The position numbers and the translations under genes are program-made. Below the pieces are notes generated by a model. That model was not told where the DNA came from. It saw nothing but the letters and a program-made list of their open reading frames with translations, and did no database searches. From Dehalococcoidia bacterium (GTDB lineage Bacteria; Chloroflexota; Dehalococcoidia; Lucifugimonadales; UBA1123), in NCBI GenBank assembly GCA_965232905.1, contig OZ247432.1:238996-302995 (forward strand): a stretch of 64,000 nucleotides of DNA, written 5' to 3'. The first letter of the stretch is position 1, and each line of letters begins with the position of its first letter. This document shows positions 39,812-48,787 of the stretch, piece by piece.

Positions 39812-41773
39812 CTACTTAACCTTGATCGTCCGAACGTTGTTGATGGTTCCCAGGTTGCCGTTAGCCATTGGGCGCATGTCCCACTCGTCAATGACGTTGG
39901 GGTTGTACACGGGCCAGATCGGCTCTTCGAACAGACCTGTGCAGTTGGCCAGCCTGCGGTTCTCGCTGTAGAAGCGAGCAGCAAGCTCTTCGCGCTTGGC
40001 CTTGTCAGGCTCACCGGCCATGGTGGAGTAGATCTCGGTGGCGTATGGGATCTCCTGTCCTACACCGTAGCCTCCAGCGCTGAAGCTGCTGACCACGAAG
40101 CCGTGTGCCCAGTCGTACGGGAAGTTCGACTTGTTCTCGTCGCCGCAGATGTTGACGCCAACTGTCTTGTTGGTACGGGAGACCAGGCCTGGTCGATAGG
40201 TCGAGTAGGCGGTCTTGATCAGGTTGACCTTGACGCCAAGGTTCTGCTCCCAGCCCGCGCCGACTGACTCACCGATCTCGGCGCCAAGTTCGCTGGTGCC
40301 GACCCAGAGGTCCATCTCGAAGCCACCGGACTGGCCTGCCTCAGCCATGAGGCTCTTGGCCATGTCGAAGTCCGTGCCCCAAGACCACTCCTCGCGGTAG
40401 TTGGGGTTGTTGGACGACAGGTAAGCCTGGTGGTTTACGAATCCGAGACCGCCGAGAAGGTTCTCGACGAGCTCTTCACGCTCAATTGCCCATGAGAATG
40501 CGTTGCGTACCTTCATGGAGCTCTCCATGGAGGGCGTGTTCTCGTCAAAGTCGCCGTTCTCGAACGGGTTGCCGATCCAGGGCTTACTGATGTCGCGCTC
40601 GCGTTCGAGGGCCTCACCGGTTAGACCGGAGTGGGACTCCCAGTAGTTACCAACCCAGGAGATGTCTCGGATCGTGTTGAACAGGCCCTTCTTCTGAAGC
40701 TCGAAGCCCTTGGACTGGAGCTCAGGGAAGTCCTTCGTTGCGATCTGCGCGATATGGGCCTCTTCGGCTTCAAGCATCGCGCGGCGGGAGGCACCTTCAG
40801 GGACTTCCAGCCAAGTGATCTTCTCGACGAAAGGACCATTGTCGTCCTTGCTGGCATAGTAGTCAGGGTTCGCGACGAGCCTGATGCCCTCGTTCTGCTT
40901 CCAGGAGTCCAGGTAGTTGGCATCCTCGGCCATAAAGGCGCCGACGCCGACGTAGACGTCCTGTGTGCCCTCAACGCCGTACTGGTCAAAGACATCCTTG
41001 GACACAATGGCGGCCGTCTGCCAGAACCTGGAGAACCTGTGGAGCACTCCTCTGGAGTCGTAGTTACGGTAGTTCAACTGGACTGTGTAGTCGTCGACTG
41101 CCTCAATGGAAGCGATCAACGGCGCGAAGTCGCCCGCCTGTCCGTGAATGGACTCAGGGTTGGTAACAGAGTTCGCGTCGTTGTAGCTGTACGCCACGTC
41201 TGCCGCGGTCATCTCTCCCCAGCCATGGTGGAATTGCACGCCCTGTTGGAGCGAGAACGTTCCAAACTCAAGGGACGGGTCGAGGGTAAAGTCCAAGGCC
41301 AGCATAGGCTCGGTGGTTACCGTTCCGTCCGGGTTGGCCTTCGAGTTGAACAGCACATCCGTGATGCCGGACATGTATATGGTCTCTGAACAACCAGCAG
41401 TGCAGAAGCGAGGCAGGCCGTTTGGCGAATTGACGCTCAGAACAGCGATGGTCACGCTGCCCGAAGGCTTCGGCATCATCGAGTCATCCATAGCCGCTGC
41501 TGGCGCTGCTGCCGGAGCTGCCGCTGGTGCTGCTGCCGGAGCCGCTGCTGGCGCTGCTGCCGGAGCCGCTGCTGGCGCTGCCGCTGGTGCTGGCGCCGCT
41601 GCTGGCGCTGGCGCCGCTGCTGGCGCTGGCGCCGCTGCTGGCGCCGCTGCTGCTGGTGCAGGTGTAGTAGTGTCCTCACTGGAGGAGCATGCGAGGGCAA
41701 GCGCAAGTATCGCGGCCAACGCTACCCCAATTATCAATCGCCTATCCGGTAGTTTAGACCACATAGTCGCCAA
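39812..41773 (-). CDS. family-5 (peptide/nickel) ABC substrate-binding lipoprotein with a long Ala/Pro repeat linker
   Basis: ORF track 653 aa. Signal and lipobox LALACSS. About 60 aa of (PAAA)n/(PAPAAA)n. The remainder has the size and look of an SBP_bac_5 protein. Confidence 0.85.
   Translation of the reverse strand: MATMWSKLPDRRLIIGVALAAILALALACSSSEDTTTPAPAAAAPAAAPAPAAAPAPAAAPAPAAAPAAAPAAAPAAAPAAAPAAAPAAAPAAAMDDSMMPKPSGSVTIAVLSVNSPNGLPRFCTAGCSETIYMSGITDVLFNSKANPDGTVTTEPMLALDFTLDPSLEFGTFSLQQGVQFHHGWGEMTAADVAYSYNDANSVTNPESIHGQAGDFAPLIASIEAVDDYTVQLNYRNYDSRGVLHRFSRFWQTAAIVSKDVFDQYGVEGTQDVYVGVGAFMAEDANYLDSWKQNEGIRLVANPDYYASKDDNGPFVEKITWLEVPEGASRRAMLEAEEAHIAQIATKDFPELQSKGFELQKKGLFNTIRDISWVGNYWESHSGLTGEALERERDISKPWIGNPFENGDFDENTPSMESSMKVRNAFSWAIEREELVENLLGGLGFVNHQAYLSSNNPNYREEWSWGTDFDMAKSLMAEAGQSGGFEMDLWVGTSELGAEIGESVGAGWEQNLGVKVNLIKTAYSTYRPGLVSRTNKTVGVNICGDENKSNFPYDWAHGFVVSSFSAGGYGVGQEIPYATEIYSTMAGEPDKAKREELAARFYSENRRLANCTGLFEEPIWPVYNPNVIDEWDMRPMANGNLGTINNVRTIKVK
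41493..41662 (-). repeat. in-frame tandem repeat (12- and 18-nt units) encoding the PAAA/PAPAAA linker
   Basis: GCYGCTGSTGSCGC-type units repeated about 12 times. Encodes APAAAPAPAAAPAPAAAPAPAAAPAAAPAAAPAAAPAAAPAAAPAAAPAAA on the minus strand. Confidence 0.85.
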
Positions 41774-41953
41774 CCCTCCTTGGTATTCAGATAATGTTTA
41801 TGCGACGCGGTGATATTTTGGTATCCGCAAACTCGTCCGTTTGTAACATAGGGTCTGAGAGTCCGTCAACCCTAGAGAGCCGTTTCCACGCCCACTTTGT
41901 GAGTGGATATACGTACGTGCAGGCAGCAGCCGCGGATTAACTTCGACGTTCCG

Positions 41954-43090
41954 TCAAGGGAAGTGGCCTGAGGTGGGCCCGGCGCCGTACTGGACGGAGC
42001 CCTGCCACCTGTTTCTGTCCTCGTCGTGCAGTTTGCAGTCGGGATGTCCACACTCGATGTACATCGAGTTTCCAAGAGTGAACATCAGCTTGGGTTTGTG
42101 CTGTGAGCGGGTGGGAGGGCCGGGTTCGGACTCCTCGGCTGCGGCGGTTTCAGCCTCGGCCTTTTCCGCCTCGGCGGATTGGCGTTCGGCTTCTTCTTTC
42201 TCCCTGCGTTCACGGGCGGCCTTGATCTGCTTGCGACGTTCGATCTTGGTGTCGATCATCGCGTTGAACTCGGCGATCTCCCTTGCGGCGATGGCCTCGT
42301 ACTCTTCAGGGTCGAGGGAGTTCTTCCACTCGTAGAACCACTTCTCGGAGTTCTCCCATGCCTGGTTGTAGGCTGAGAGGTCTCGTTTGTAGGGTTGGTG
42401 GTCTGGATTCTGTTCGGCGAGTTCGGCTTTGATGCGGTCGTCTTCTTCGAGGATTGGGGTGACCTTTTCCCAGAAGGCTGCCCAGCCGTCGTCTGAACTC
42501 TGATTTGTGTGATTGGGGGATTTCTCTGATTGTGTTGGTTGGGTGGTTGGAGTTGAGGGGCGAGTGCCACCATCGCTTCCCTCATCTGGGTTCCGGCCTC
42601 CGCCGGAACGACGGGGAGAGGGCCGTTCACGAACCGCCCCTACATTCGCGTCTCCTCGAGTGGGATCAGGCTCTTCGCCTGAGCGACGGGAGGTAGCGTG
42701 TTTGCCGAAGCCTCGGGATAGGAGTTCTCTGGCTGCTGAGATGCGGTGGTGGGGTTTGAAGGTGCTGAGGGCTCCGTCCATGACGTTTATGAGGAAGCGG
42801 CAGACTGTGCGGCCGTCGTCGGTGGACTCCTGGATGACCTGGGCTAGCTTCTGGTCGAAGTAGGAGTCGTTGGGTGAGCTGGAGTTGAGTCCTGGTTGGG
42901 ATGGTTCTCGTGGGTTGTCGAGGATGTAGTTTCGGGCTTCGTCTTTGTCGTACTTGACGAGGAGTTTGGCTGCGTCGAGTCTGTGGCATGGCTTGAAGTC
43001 GTCAAGCTCGTTGCGCATGACGGCGACGAGGAACTCGACGATGGAGGTCCCGTCGTTGGTTCTGTCCTGGATTGTGGTTGCGAGGGTCAT
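41954..43090 (-). CDS. orphan hypothetical protein with two N-terminal helical repeats, a low-complexity middle and a Glu/Lys/Ala-rich coiled-coil-like region
   Basis: ORF track 378 aa. Two repeats, DGTSIVEFLVAVMRNELDDFKPCHRLDAAKLLVKY and DGRTVCRFLINVMDGALSTFKPHHRISAARELLSRGFGK. No family recognised. Local composition (GT-rich on the + strand) differs by eye from its neighbours. Confidence 0.45.
   Translation of the reverse strand: MTLATTIQDRTNDGTSIVEFLVAVMRNELDDFKPCHRLDAAKLLVKYDKDEARNYILDNPREPSQPGLNSSSPNDSYFDQKLAQVIQESTDDGRTVCRFLINVMDGALSTFKPHHRISAARELLSRGFGKHATSRRSGEEPDPTRGDANVGAVRERPSPRRSGGGRNPDEGSDGGTRPSTPTTQPTQSEKSPNHTNQSSDDGWAAFWEKVTPILEEDDRIKAELAEQNPDHQPYKRDLSAYNQAWENSEKWFYEWKNSLDPEEYEAIAAREIAEFNAMIDTKIERRKQIKAARERREKEEAERQSAEAEKAEAETAAAEESEPGPPTRSQHKPKLMFTLGNSMYIECGHPDCKLHDEDRNRWQGSVQYGAGPTSGHFP
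42491..42531. repeat. 41-nt direct repeat, copy 1 (inside the orphan ORF)
   Basis: GTCTGAACTCTGATTTGTGTGATTGGGGGATTTCTCTGATT. 39/41 identical to 43179-43219 by hand alignment. Confidence 0.8.
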
Positions 43091-43178
43091 GGTGAATTGG
43101 GAATGGTGAATGGTGAATTTGGAATAGGACTAATGTTCTGGTATGGAGTTTAGTGGAGGGAATGGATGGGGGTCAAGG

Positions 43179-43219
43179 GTCTGAACTCTGATTTCTGTGA
43201 TTAGGGGATTTCTCTGATT
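43179..43219. repeat. 41-nt direct repeat, copy 2 (89 nt upstream of the orphan ORF start)
   Basis: GTCTGAACTCTGATTTCTGTGATTAGGGGATTTCTCTGATT. On the minus strand it would read SEKSPNHRNQSSDP-stop, a degenerate copy of SEKSPNHTNQSSDD in the ORF. Confidence 0.8.
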
Positions 43220-43503
43220 TCGTGGGTTGTGTGCATGATTATGTGGTGTGGGAAGAGGTTGGTTGGTGTTCGGACTCATTATTCTCATGCGAAGGCGCAT
43301 CAGCACGACCCGTCATGGGAGGGGGGGGCCTTCGGGAAGCTCGGGGTGGGCTGATGCGGGCGGGACGCCCGCGCTCCGGGTGTGGGTGGCTGCCAAGGTG
43401 GGGCAGGTTCCGATTGGGTAGGAACACTAGCCACGAGTTGGTGACCTCAGATACGATTGGGCGCAGGTCATATTGGACAAGACAAACTCACGGAGGTATT
43501 TAG

Positions 43504-44409
43504 ATGGCTGACTTCGAAGGCATACTCCCGGCGATAGCGACACCCATGGGATCTGACGGTCGCTTAAATGAGGCGGCGTTCAGAGAGGTAATTGAGTTCA
43601 ACATCCAGGCCGGTGTGGACGGCTTCTGGGTGGCCGGCGGCACTGGCGAGAGCGTGCTGCTGGACGATGAAGAAAACATGGAGATCGCTCGCGCTGCTGC
43701 GGACCAGAACCGAGGCAGGATCAAGAACATCATGCACGTCGGCGCTCCTACAACGCTGAGGGCGGCCCGACTGGCGGAAAACGCGGCTGCTGCAGGCGTG
43801 GAGGCGATCTGCTGTGTGCCGCCGTTCTTCTACAGGCAGACGGACGAGAACATTGTCGAGCACTACAGGACTGTGGCGGCCGCGGCGGACCTGCCGCTAT
43901 TCGTGTACAACCTGCCGCAGTCTACAGGGGTCGAGATCACGCCCGAACTGATGGCGAAGATCCAGGACGGCGTGCCGCAGCTCAAGGGGCTCAAGCACTC
44001 TTCGGTTATGTTCACCAATGTGTACAACTGGGTCGACATGGGGCTCGACTGCCTGATCGGCAGCAGCGCACTGATGCTGCCCGCCCTGACGATCGGGGCG
44101 ACCGGGTGTGTCGATGGCCCGCCCAACATTGCTCCCGAGCTTTGGGTAGAGATCTGGAGGGCATACAGCTCCGGTGACCTGGCGCGCGCGGAAGAGGCCC
44201 AGAAGAGGGCAACCAGGCTCACGATGCTGGTCAGGCAGTTCGGCATGCACGCCGTCATCAAGGCGTTGCTCAGCTACAGGCTTGGCATCGACGTTGGAGA
44301 CCCGCGTCTCCCGACCCAGCCTCTCACCTCTGAGCAGAGGGACCACGTGATAGCCACCGCCGAGGCCATGGGCGTAGGACGCGTGGCGGTTGCCCAGTCT
44401 GACGACTAG
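43504..44409 (+). CDS. dihydrodipicolinate synthase / N-acetylneuraminate lyase family class I aldolase
   Basis: ORF track 301 aa. GGTGES, VYNLP, GLKHSS (Schiff-base Lys) motifs. Confidence 0.8.
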   Translation: MADFEGILPAIATPMGSDGRLNEAAFREVIEFNIQAGVDGFWVAGGTGESVLLDDEENMEIARAAADQNRGRIKNIMHVGAPTTLRAARLAENAAAAGVEAICCVPPFFYRQTDENIVEHYRTVAAAADLPLFVYNLPQSTGVEITPELMAKIQDGVPQLKGLKHSSVMFTNVYNWVDMGLDCLIGSSALMLPALTIGATGCVDGPPNIAPELWVEIWRAYSSGDLARAEEAQKRATRLTMLVRQFGMHAVIKALLSYRLGIDVGDPRLPTQPLTSEQRDHVIATAEAMGVGRVAVAQSDD

Positions 44410-44436
44410 ACAGGGCGACATACCAGAATAGCTGGA

Positions 44437-44483
44437 AAAGATGGGATTGGTCTGAAAGACATCGGGCCAATCCCATCTTTAGT
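44437..44483 (+). terminator. rho-independent terminator after the DapA-like gene
   Basis: Perfect 14-bp stem AAAGATGGGATTGG (44437-44450) / CCAATCCCATCTTT (44467-44480), 16-nt loop. The T-run is partly within and partly after the stem. Confidence 0.65.
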
Positions 44484-44607
44484 TATGTGCCCCAAAGGGC
44501 ACGTTGCTATAATTGGGCAGTCCAGCTCTATTGGACATGAAGTCCACTCTGGGTCACATCTGCGGCTACGTAAGAGAATGTAAGAGGCAAGGTGGCGGGG
44601 AGAGGTA

Positions 44608-45069
44608 ATGCAAATACCGGAAGTATCAGTCGAATATGTGATCGCCGTTTCGGTGCGCGCCGGACTGGGGCTGCTGTTCGGGATTATGCTGGGCATGGTC
44701 GGACTGATAACCGCTGCTGTAGTCGCGCCCGGAGGACTCTTCGCAATGCCCCTGTGGCTGCTGGTGACTGCTATTGCCGTCGGGTGCAGCATATCGGGGA
44801 CGATCTCGTACTTTAAGCCAGAGAGTACCTGGGTCACGTTTGGGAAGACCACTGCAGTTGTATTCGTCGGAGCGATTCTTGGTGCGTGGATAGGCGTGTG
44901 GTGGGGTGAAGTTTTCTACCCGGATGGTGTACGAAACGAGAGGCTCGTAGCCTACGGCGACTTTCGCTCCCCTCCAAACATGGCTCGAATAATGTGGTCT
45001 GCGATTGGCAGTACGGTCACGGGCGGCTTCTACTACGCATTCCGGGCCTGGAGATTCCATGAAGTCTAG
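44608..45069 (+). CDS. hypothetical membrane protein
   Basis: ORF track 153 aa. GGGGAGAGG RBS. 4-5 hydrophobic segments. No motif. Confidence 0.5.
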   Translation: MQIPEVSVEYVIAVSVRAGLGLLFGIMLGMVGLITAAVVAPGGLFAMPLWLLVTAIAVGCSISGTISYFKPESTWVTFGKTTAVVFVGAILGAWIGVWWGEVFYPDGVRNERLVAYGDFRSPPNMARIMWSAIGSTVTGGFYYAFRAWRFHEV

Positions 45070-45799
45070 TGAGACCGTGCCGGGCGACGGCCACCTGGAT
45101 AATGTGACGACGCTCACGTTCGACGTGTTTGGGACCGTGCTGGACCTGACGGGCAGCCTGGAAGGCCCCACCGGCCAGTTCCTCGAAGAGTTGGGTTCCG
45201 AACTGACTGGAGCGGAGTTCTACCCGCAGTGGCGCGCGAGACAGAGAATCGAGCAGTTCCAGGACTCAATGCTGATGCTCGGTCACAGCGGTTATCTCGA
45301 GACCTGCAGGCGCGCTCTTGTTTACTCGCTGCGGGCAAACGGGATCGAGTTCGAGGCGGAGCGGGTCGTGGAGTTCATGTCTGTATGGCAGGAGCTAATC
45401 GCGTATCCAGACTCACTGGAGGGGCTGGAGCGACTGGCTGACAAGTATCGCCTGGTGGCGCTTTCCAATGGAGAGCCGGACTATCTATCGCACCTTGCCC
45501 GTAATCGCATCCAGTTTGATTTCGACGAGATCATCTCCGTGGAGGAGGCTGGATCCTTCAAGCCACATCCGGGCGTGTATCGAGCCGCTGCGCGTATCCT
45601 GAAAGCCGAACCGGGCGAGATCATGATGGTCGCAGCGCACTCATTCGACATTATGGGCGCGAGGGTCAGCGGTTACCGTGGCGCATACGTGAACCGCTAC
45701 GGGCTCCCATACGAGGATACGGAGCAGTATGTTCCCGACCTTGTCGTAAGTGACTTCAACCAACTTGCTGAGATCCTGCTGGGAGTCCCTGCACAGTGA
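45059..45799 (+). CDS. HAD-superfamily hydrolase, haloacid dehalogenase type II-like
   Basis: Frame of ORF 45005-45799. ATG 45059 overlaps the upstream stop. TFDVFGTVLD (DxFGT.D nucleophile motif), LSNG, SFKPHPGVY, AAHSFDIMGA. Confidence 0.75.
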   Translation: MKSSETVPGDGHLDNVTTLTFDVFGTVLDLTGSLEGPTGQFLEELGSELTGAEFYPQWRARQRIEQFQDSMLMLGHSGYLETCRRALVYSLRANGIEFEAERVVEFMSVWQELIAYPDSLEGLERLADKYRLVALSNGEPDYLSHLARNRIQFDFDEIISVEEAGSFKPHPGVYRAAARILKAEPGEIMMVAAHSFDIMGARVSGYRGAYVNRYGLPYEDTEQYVPDLVVSDFNQLAEILLGVPAQ

Positions 45800-46920
45800 A
45801 TGCCTCTCATGACCTTGTGGTTGTAGGCGGAGGGGTCGTAGGCACCGCTATCGCTTACTTCGCGGCCCGCAGGGGCATTTCATGTGCGCTCCTCGAGAAA
45901 GGCGCAATAGGCCTGGAAGCGTCGAATGCGGCCTCAGGCGTTCTCTCACCTTCCCCCGGCGATGACGACTACGCCAGGCTCGGCAGAAGAAGCCTCGAGC
46001 TTTTTCACGAGCTCGCGCCCGTCCTGAGGGACGAGTCCGGAGTCGACATCGAGCTGGAAGAGTGCGGTGAGCTGGTCCTGGCGCTGGACGAAGGTGATGT
46101 CATCTCACTACAGGGTCTGAGGCGGCAGTTGAGTGCGCTCGGCGCCGATGCCAGGTGGGTAGAGTCTGACGATCTTTTCGAGATGGAACCCTGGATCAAT
46201 CCGGCAGTCGTTGGCGCCATCTACGAACCGGAAGTGTGCAGGGTGAACAACCAGCGCCTTTCGGATGCTCTGGCAAGTGCGGCTGCCCGACACGGCGCAG
46301 TCATAAACCAGGGCGTGGAAGTGACCGGCCTACTACGTGACGGCGGCCGGGTCATTGGAGTGTCCACCAGCGAAGGACCGGTCTATGCGGGAAGTGTGGT
46401 GCTTGCCGCCGGGGCGTGGACTGGACTGATGGACAGGTGGCTGTACGGTGATGACAGCCCCAGTGCGGCCGGTCAGCCCATGGTGAAGCCTGTGAGGGGA
46501 GTCAACCTGAACCTGAGTCCCAGGCAGGGAGGGATCAGCAGTGTCATCCATGGCTCCTGGGGGCTTCTCGTCCCGCGGAATGATGGATCGCTTATTGTCG
46601 GAGCCACGGTAGAGGAGGTCGGATTCGACTCCAGGGTGACGGCTGGCAATATCCAATCGATACTCGCGCTGGGAACCGCTCTCGTACCGTCACTGTCGGA
46701 CGCCGATCTCAACTGGGCACTGGCTGGACTCAGGCCAGGGTCTGCCGACGCGGTGCCTACCATCGGACCTCTGCCCGAGTTCGAGAACGTGTACCTGGCC
46801 TCAGGGCACTTCAGGAACGGAATACTCCTGTGTCTCGCCACGGGCGAGGCAATCGCTGGTATGCTTGACGGCAACCAACAAGAACACCTCGCTTCATTCA
46901 GCCCGTCCAGGTTCCTGTAG
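45796..46920 (+). CDS. FAD-dependent oxidoreductase (DAO family; glycine oxidase ThiO / D-amino-acid oxidase-like)
   Basis: ORF track 374 aa. VVVGGGVVGTAIAY dinucleotide fold. C-terminal GHFRNGILL. Confidence 0.8.
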   Translation: MNASHDLVVVGGGVVGTAIAYFAARRGISCALLEKGAIGLEASNAASGVLSPSPGDDDYARLGRRSLELFHELAPVLRDESGVDIELEECGELVLALDEGDVISLQGLRRQLSALGADARWVESDDLFEMEPWINPAVVGAIYEPEVCRVNNQRLSDALASAAARHGAVINQGVEVTGLLRDGGRVIGVSTSEGPVYAGSVVLAAGAWTGLMDRWLYGDDSPSAAGQPMVKPVRGVNLNLSPRQGGISSVIHGSWGLLVPRNDGSLIVGATVEEVGFDSRVTAGNIQSILALGTALVPSLSDADLNWALAGLRPGSADAVPTIGPLPEFENVYLASGHFRNGILLCLATGEAIAGMLDGNQQEHLASFSPSRFL

Positions 46921-46985
46921 ACCCAGGACCAATCGCTCTGGCAGATACCTCGGGTGGGCGACGGCGGTAGTCTCAGGAGGAACAG

Positions 46986-47909
46986 ATGTCAGTCAAGATT
47001 GGCGTTGGATTTGGGGGATGGCCGTTTCCGTCTGAGGACCCGGACCACCTGTGGGAGTACACAGACACCTGCGAGGAACTCGGCGTTGACTCGCTGTGGC
47101 TCAGCGACCGGATAGTCTCAGAGACCATCAACATGGAGCCGATGATTGCTCTGTCGTTCATCGCGGCTCGTACAGAGAAGCTGAAGTTCGGTACGAACGT
47201 GCTCGCACTGCCCCTCCGAAATCCGACCGTGCTTGCCAAGGAAGTGGCGACGCTGGACTTCCTGTCCGGCGGTCGATCACTGCCTGCGGTAGGTCTGGGC
47301 ACAGGAGACGAGCGGGAGTATGAGGCCTGCGGAGTCCCCAAGCGGCAGCGCGGCGGCAGAACTGACGAGGCGATCGAGGTTATGCGGCTGCTGTGGTCGC
47401 AGGACGACGTCTCCTTCGAGGGCCGGTACTTCACCCTCAACAACGTGACGGTACAGCCCAAGCCGGTCCAGGCAGAGCTTCCCCCGATATGGATCGGGGG
47501 CCGGAGCGAGTTCGCCATAAGGCGTACTGCCAGGATCGGGGATGGGTGGCTGGTGTCGCAGGCTACACCGGAGGAGGTTGGAGACGGGGTCTCGCAGATC
47601 AAGTCCATGGCTCTTGAGTACGGTAATGAGATTGAGGACGATCACTACGGCGCACTGTTCAGCTACTGCATCGCGGACACCTACGAGGAGGCGCGTCGAA
47701 TTGCGGAGCCCTACATGCTGCGTCGCAGGACCGACGTCGACTACGACGGCTTCTCCGCCTTCGGCACGGCAGATCGGATGAAGGCCCTGATCGACGAGTA
47801 TATCGACGCCGGTGCTGACAAGTTCGTGGCTCGGCCCGCGTGTCCTCCTGAGATGATGATGGACCAGCTCCATGCGCTCGGAAGTGAAATTCTGCCCAGC
47901 TATCACTGA
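46986..47909 (+). CDS. luciferase-like monooxygenase family, probable F420-dependent oxidoreductase
   Basis: ORF track 307 aa. LGVDSLWLSDR, LDFLSGGR..AVGLG, PKPVQ..PPIWIGG pattern of LLM-class F420 enzymes. Confidence 0.75.
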   Translation: MSVKIGVGFGGWPFPSEDPDHLWEYTDTCEELGVDSLWLSDRIVSETINMEPMIALSFIAARTEKLKFGTNVLALPLRNPTVLAKEVATLDFLSGGRSLPAVGLGTGDEREYEACGVPKRQRGGRTDEAIEVMRLLWSQDDVSFEGRYFTLNNVTVQPKPVQAELPPIWIGGRSEFAIRRTARIGDGWLVSQATPEEVGDGVSQIKSMALEYGNEIEDDHYGALFSYCIADTYEEARRIAEPYMLRRRTDVDYDGFSAFGTADRMKALIDEYIDAGADKFVARPACPPEMMMDQLHALGSEILPSYH

Positions 47910-47935
47910 AGTCTCGTAGCCGAAGGAGCCGATCC

Positions 47936-48772
47936 GTGGCAGAGCACACCATCCGAGTCGGAGACGCGAGGATCACCTCGGTCACTGACGGGCACATCCA
48001 CTTCAAGACTTCTGAATTCTTTCCTTCAATAGATGCGTCTGAGTGGGAGCCTTATCGCGACCAGCTGACTCAGGACGGACTCATCAGGATGAATGTCGGG
48101 TCGTTCGTGGTGAGCCTCGGTGATCACACGTGTCTCATCGACACCGGTCTCGGAGAGGGCGACCATCCCTTCGACAACTCCGAGTGGGGTCTGCTGGCCG
48201 CCGACATGGAAGCCAAGGGCATCGGTAAAGAAGACGTAGACACCGTTGTAATCTCTCACCTGCACCGAGATCACGTTGGCTGGAACACGGTCAATGTAGA
48301 CGGCGAGCTGGTGCCGTACTTTCCCAATGCGCGATACCTTGTGCCCAAGGCGGACTGGGACACGTTTACCCGTCGCGCCGGGATGAGCATGTTTGCTTAC
48401 GTGCGGGAAAAGGTCATGTCGCTCATGGATGCGGGCCTGCTCGACCTGATAGATGGGGAGCAGTCGATTGCCGACCACCTCACCGCGCTGCCGACTCCTG
48501 GCCATACGCCGGGTCACACGAGCGTGCTGGTCAGCTCCGGCGGGGAGAGCGCCGTCGTTCTCGGTGATGCGGCGCACGTGCCGGTGCAGGCACACCACAC
48601 AGACTGGAGCCCGCGAGCGGACACCAATGCCAAGATTTCCCGGGCTAGCAGGGCCGAGCTATTTGATAGGATGGAAAGAGATCACTCGCTGGTCGTGTCG
48701 GGGCATTTCCCGTCTCCCGGATTCGGGCGACTCTTGAGGGTAGAGGGTCGAAGGTACTGGCAGGCTCTGTAG
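47936..48772 (+). CDS. MBL-fold metallo-hydrolase (lactonase-like)
   Basis: ORF track 278 aa. HLHRDHVGW (HxHxDH), TPGHTPGH, downstream Asp/His ligands. Confidence 0.8.
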   Translation: MAEHTIRVGDARITSVTDGHIHFKTSEFFPSIDASEWEPYRDQLTQDGLIRMNVGSFVVSLGDHTCLIDTGLGEGDHPFDNSEWGLLAADMEAKGIGKEDVDTVVISHLHRDHVGWNTVNVDGELVPYFPNARYLVPKADWDTFTRRAGMSMFAYVREKVMSLMDAGLLDLIDGEQSIADHLTALPTPGHTPGHTSVLVSSGGESAVVLGDAAHVPVQAHHTDWSPRADTNAKISRASRAELFDRMERDHSLVVSGHFPSPGFGRLLRVEGRRYWQAL

Positions 48773-48787
48773 CAGGGGAGGACTCGG

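Noticed and set aside
40631-41389. 252-aa + strand ORF (and 41313-41813, 166 aa, poly-AAG)
   Set aside because: It is antisense to or out of frame with the substrate-binding protein gene. The second ORF is produced purely by the Ala/Pro tandem repeat.
41493-41662. Possible CRISPR array or other spacer-repeat structure
   Set aside because: The units are 12-18 nt and contiguous with no unique spacers, and they are in frame inside a coding sequence. This is a coding microsatellite, not CRISPR.
41911-41940. ACGTACGTGCAGGCAGCAGCCGCGGATTAA resembles the universal 16S rRNA 515 region (GTGCCAGCAGCCGCGGTAATAC)
   Set aside because: Only about 13 contiguous matching bases are present and there is no flanking rRNA similarity. 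It lies at the 3' boundary of the orphan ORF. This is a chance resemblance or a meaningless fragment.
43356-43372. Hairpin GCGGGCG-GGA-CGCCCGC as a terminator or riboswitch stem
   Set aside because: The loop is only 3 nt, there is no U tract on either strand, and I can see no conserved riboswitch architecture around it.
46973-47906. 211-aa and 209-aa minus-strand ORFs
   Set aside because: They are antisense to the LLM oxidoreductase gene and have no supporting motif or RBS.
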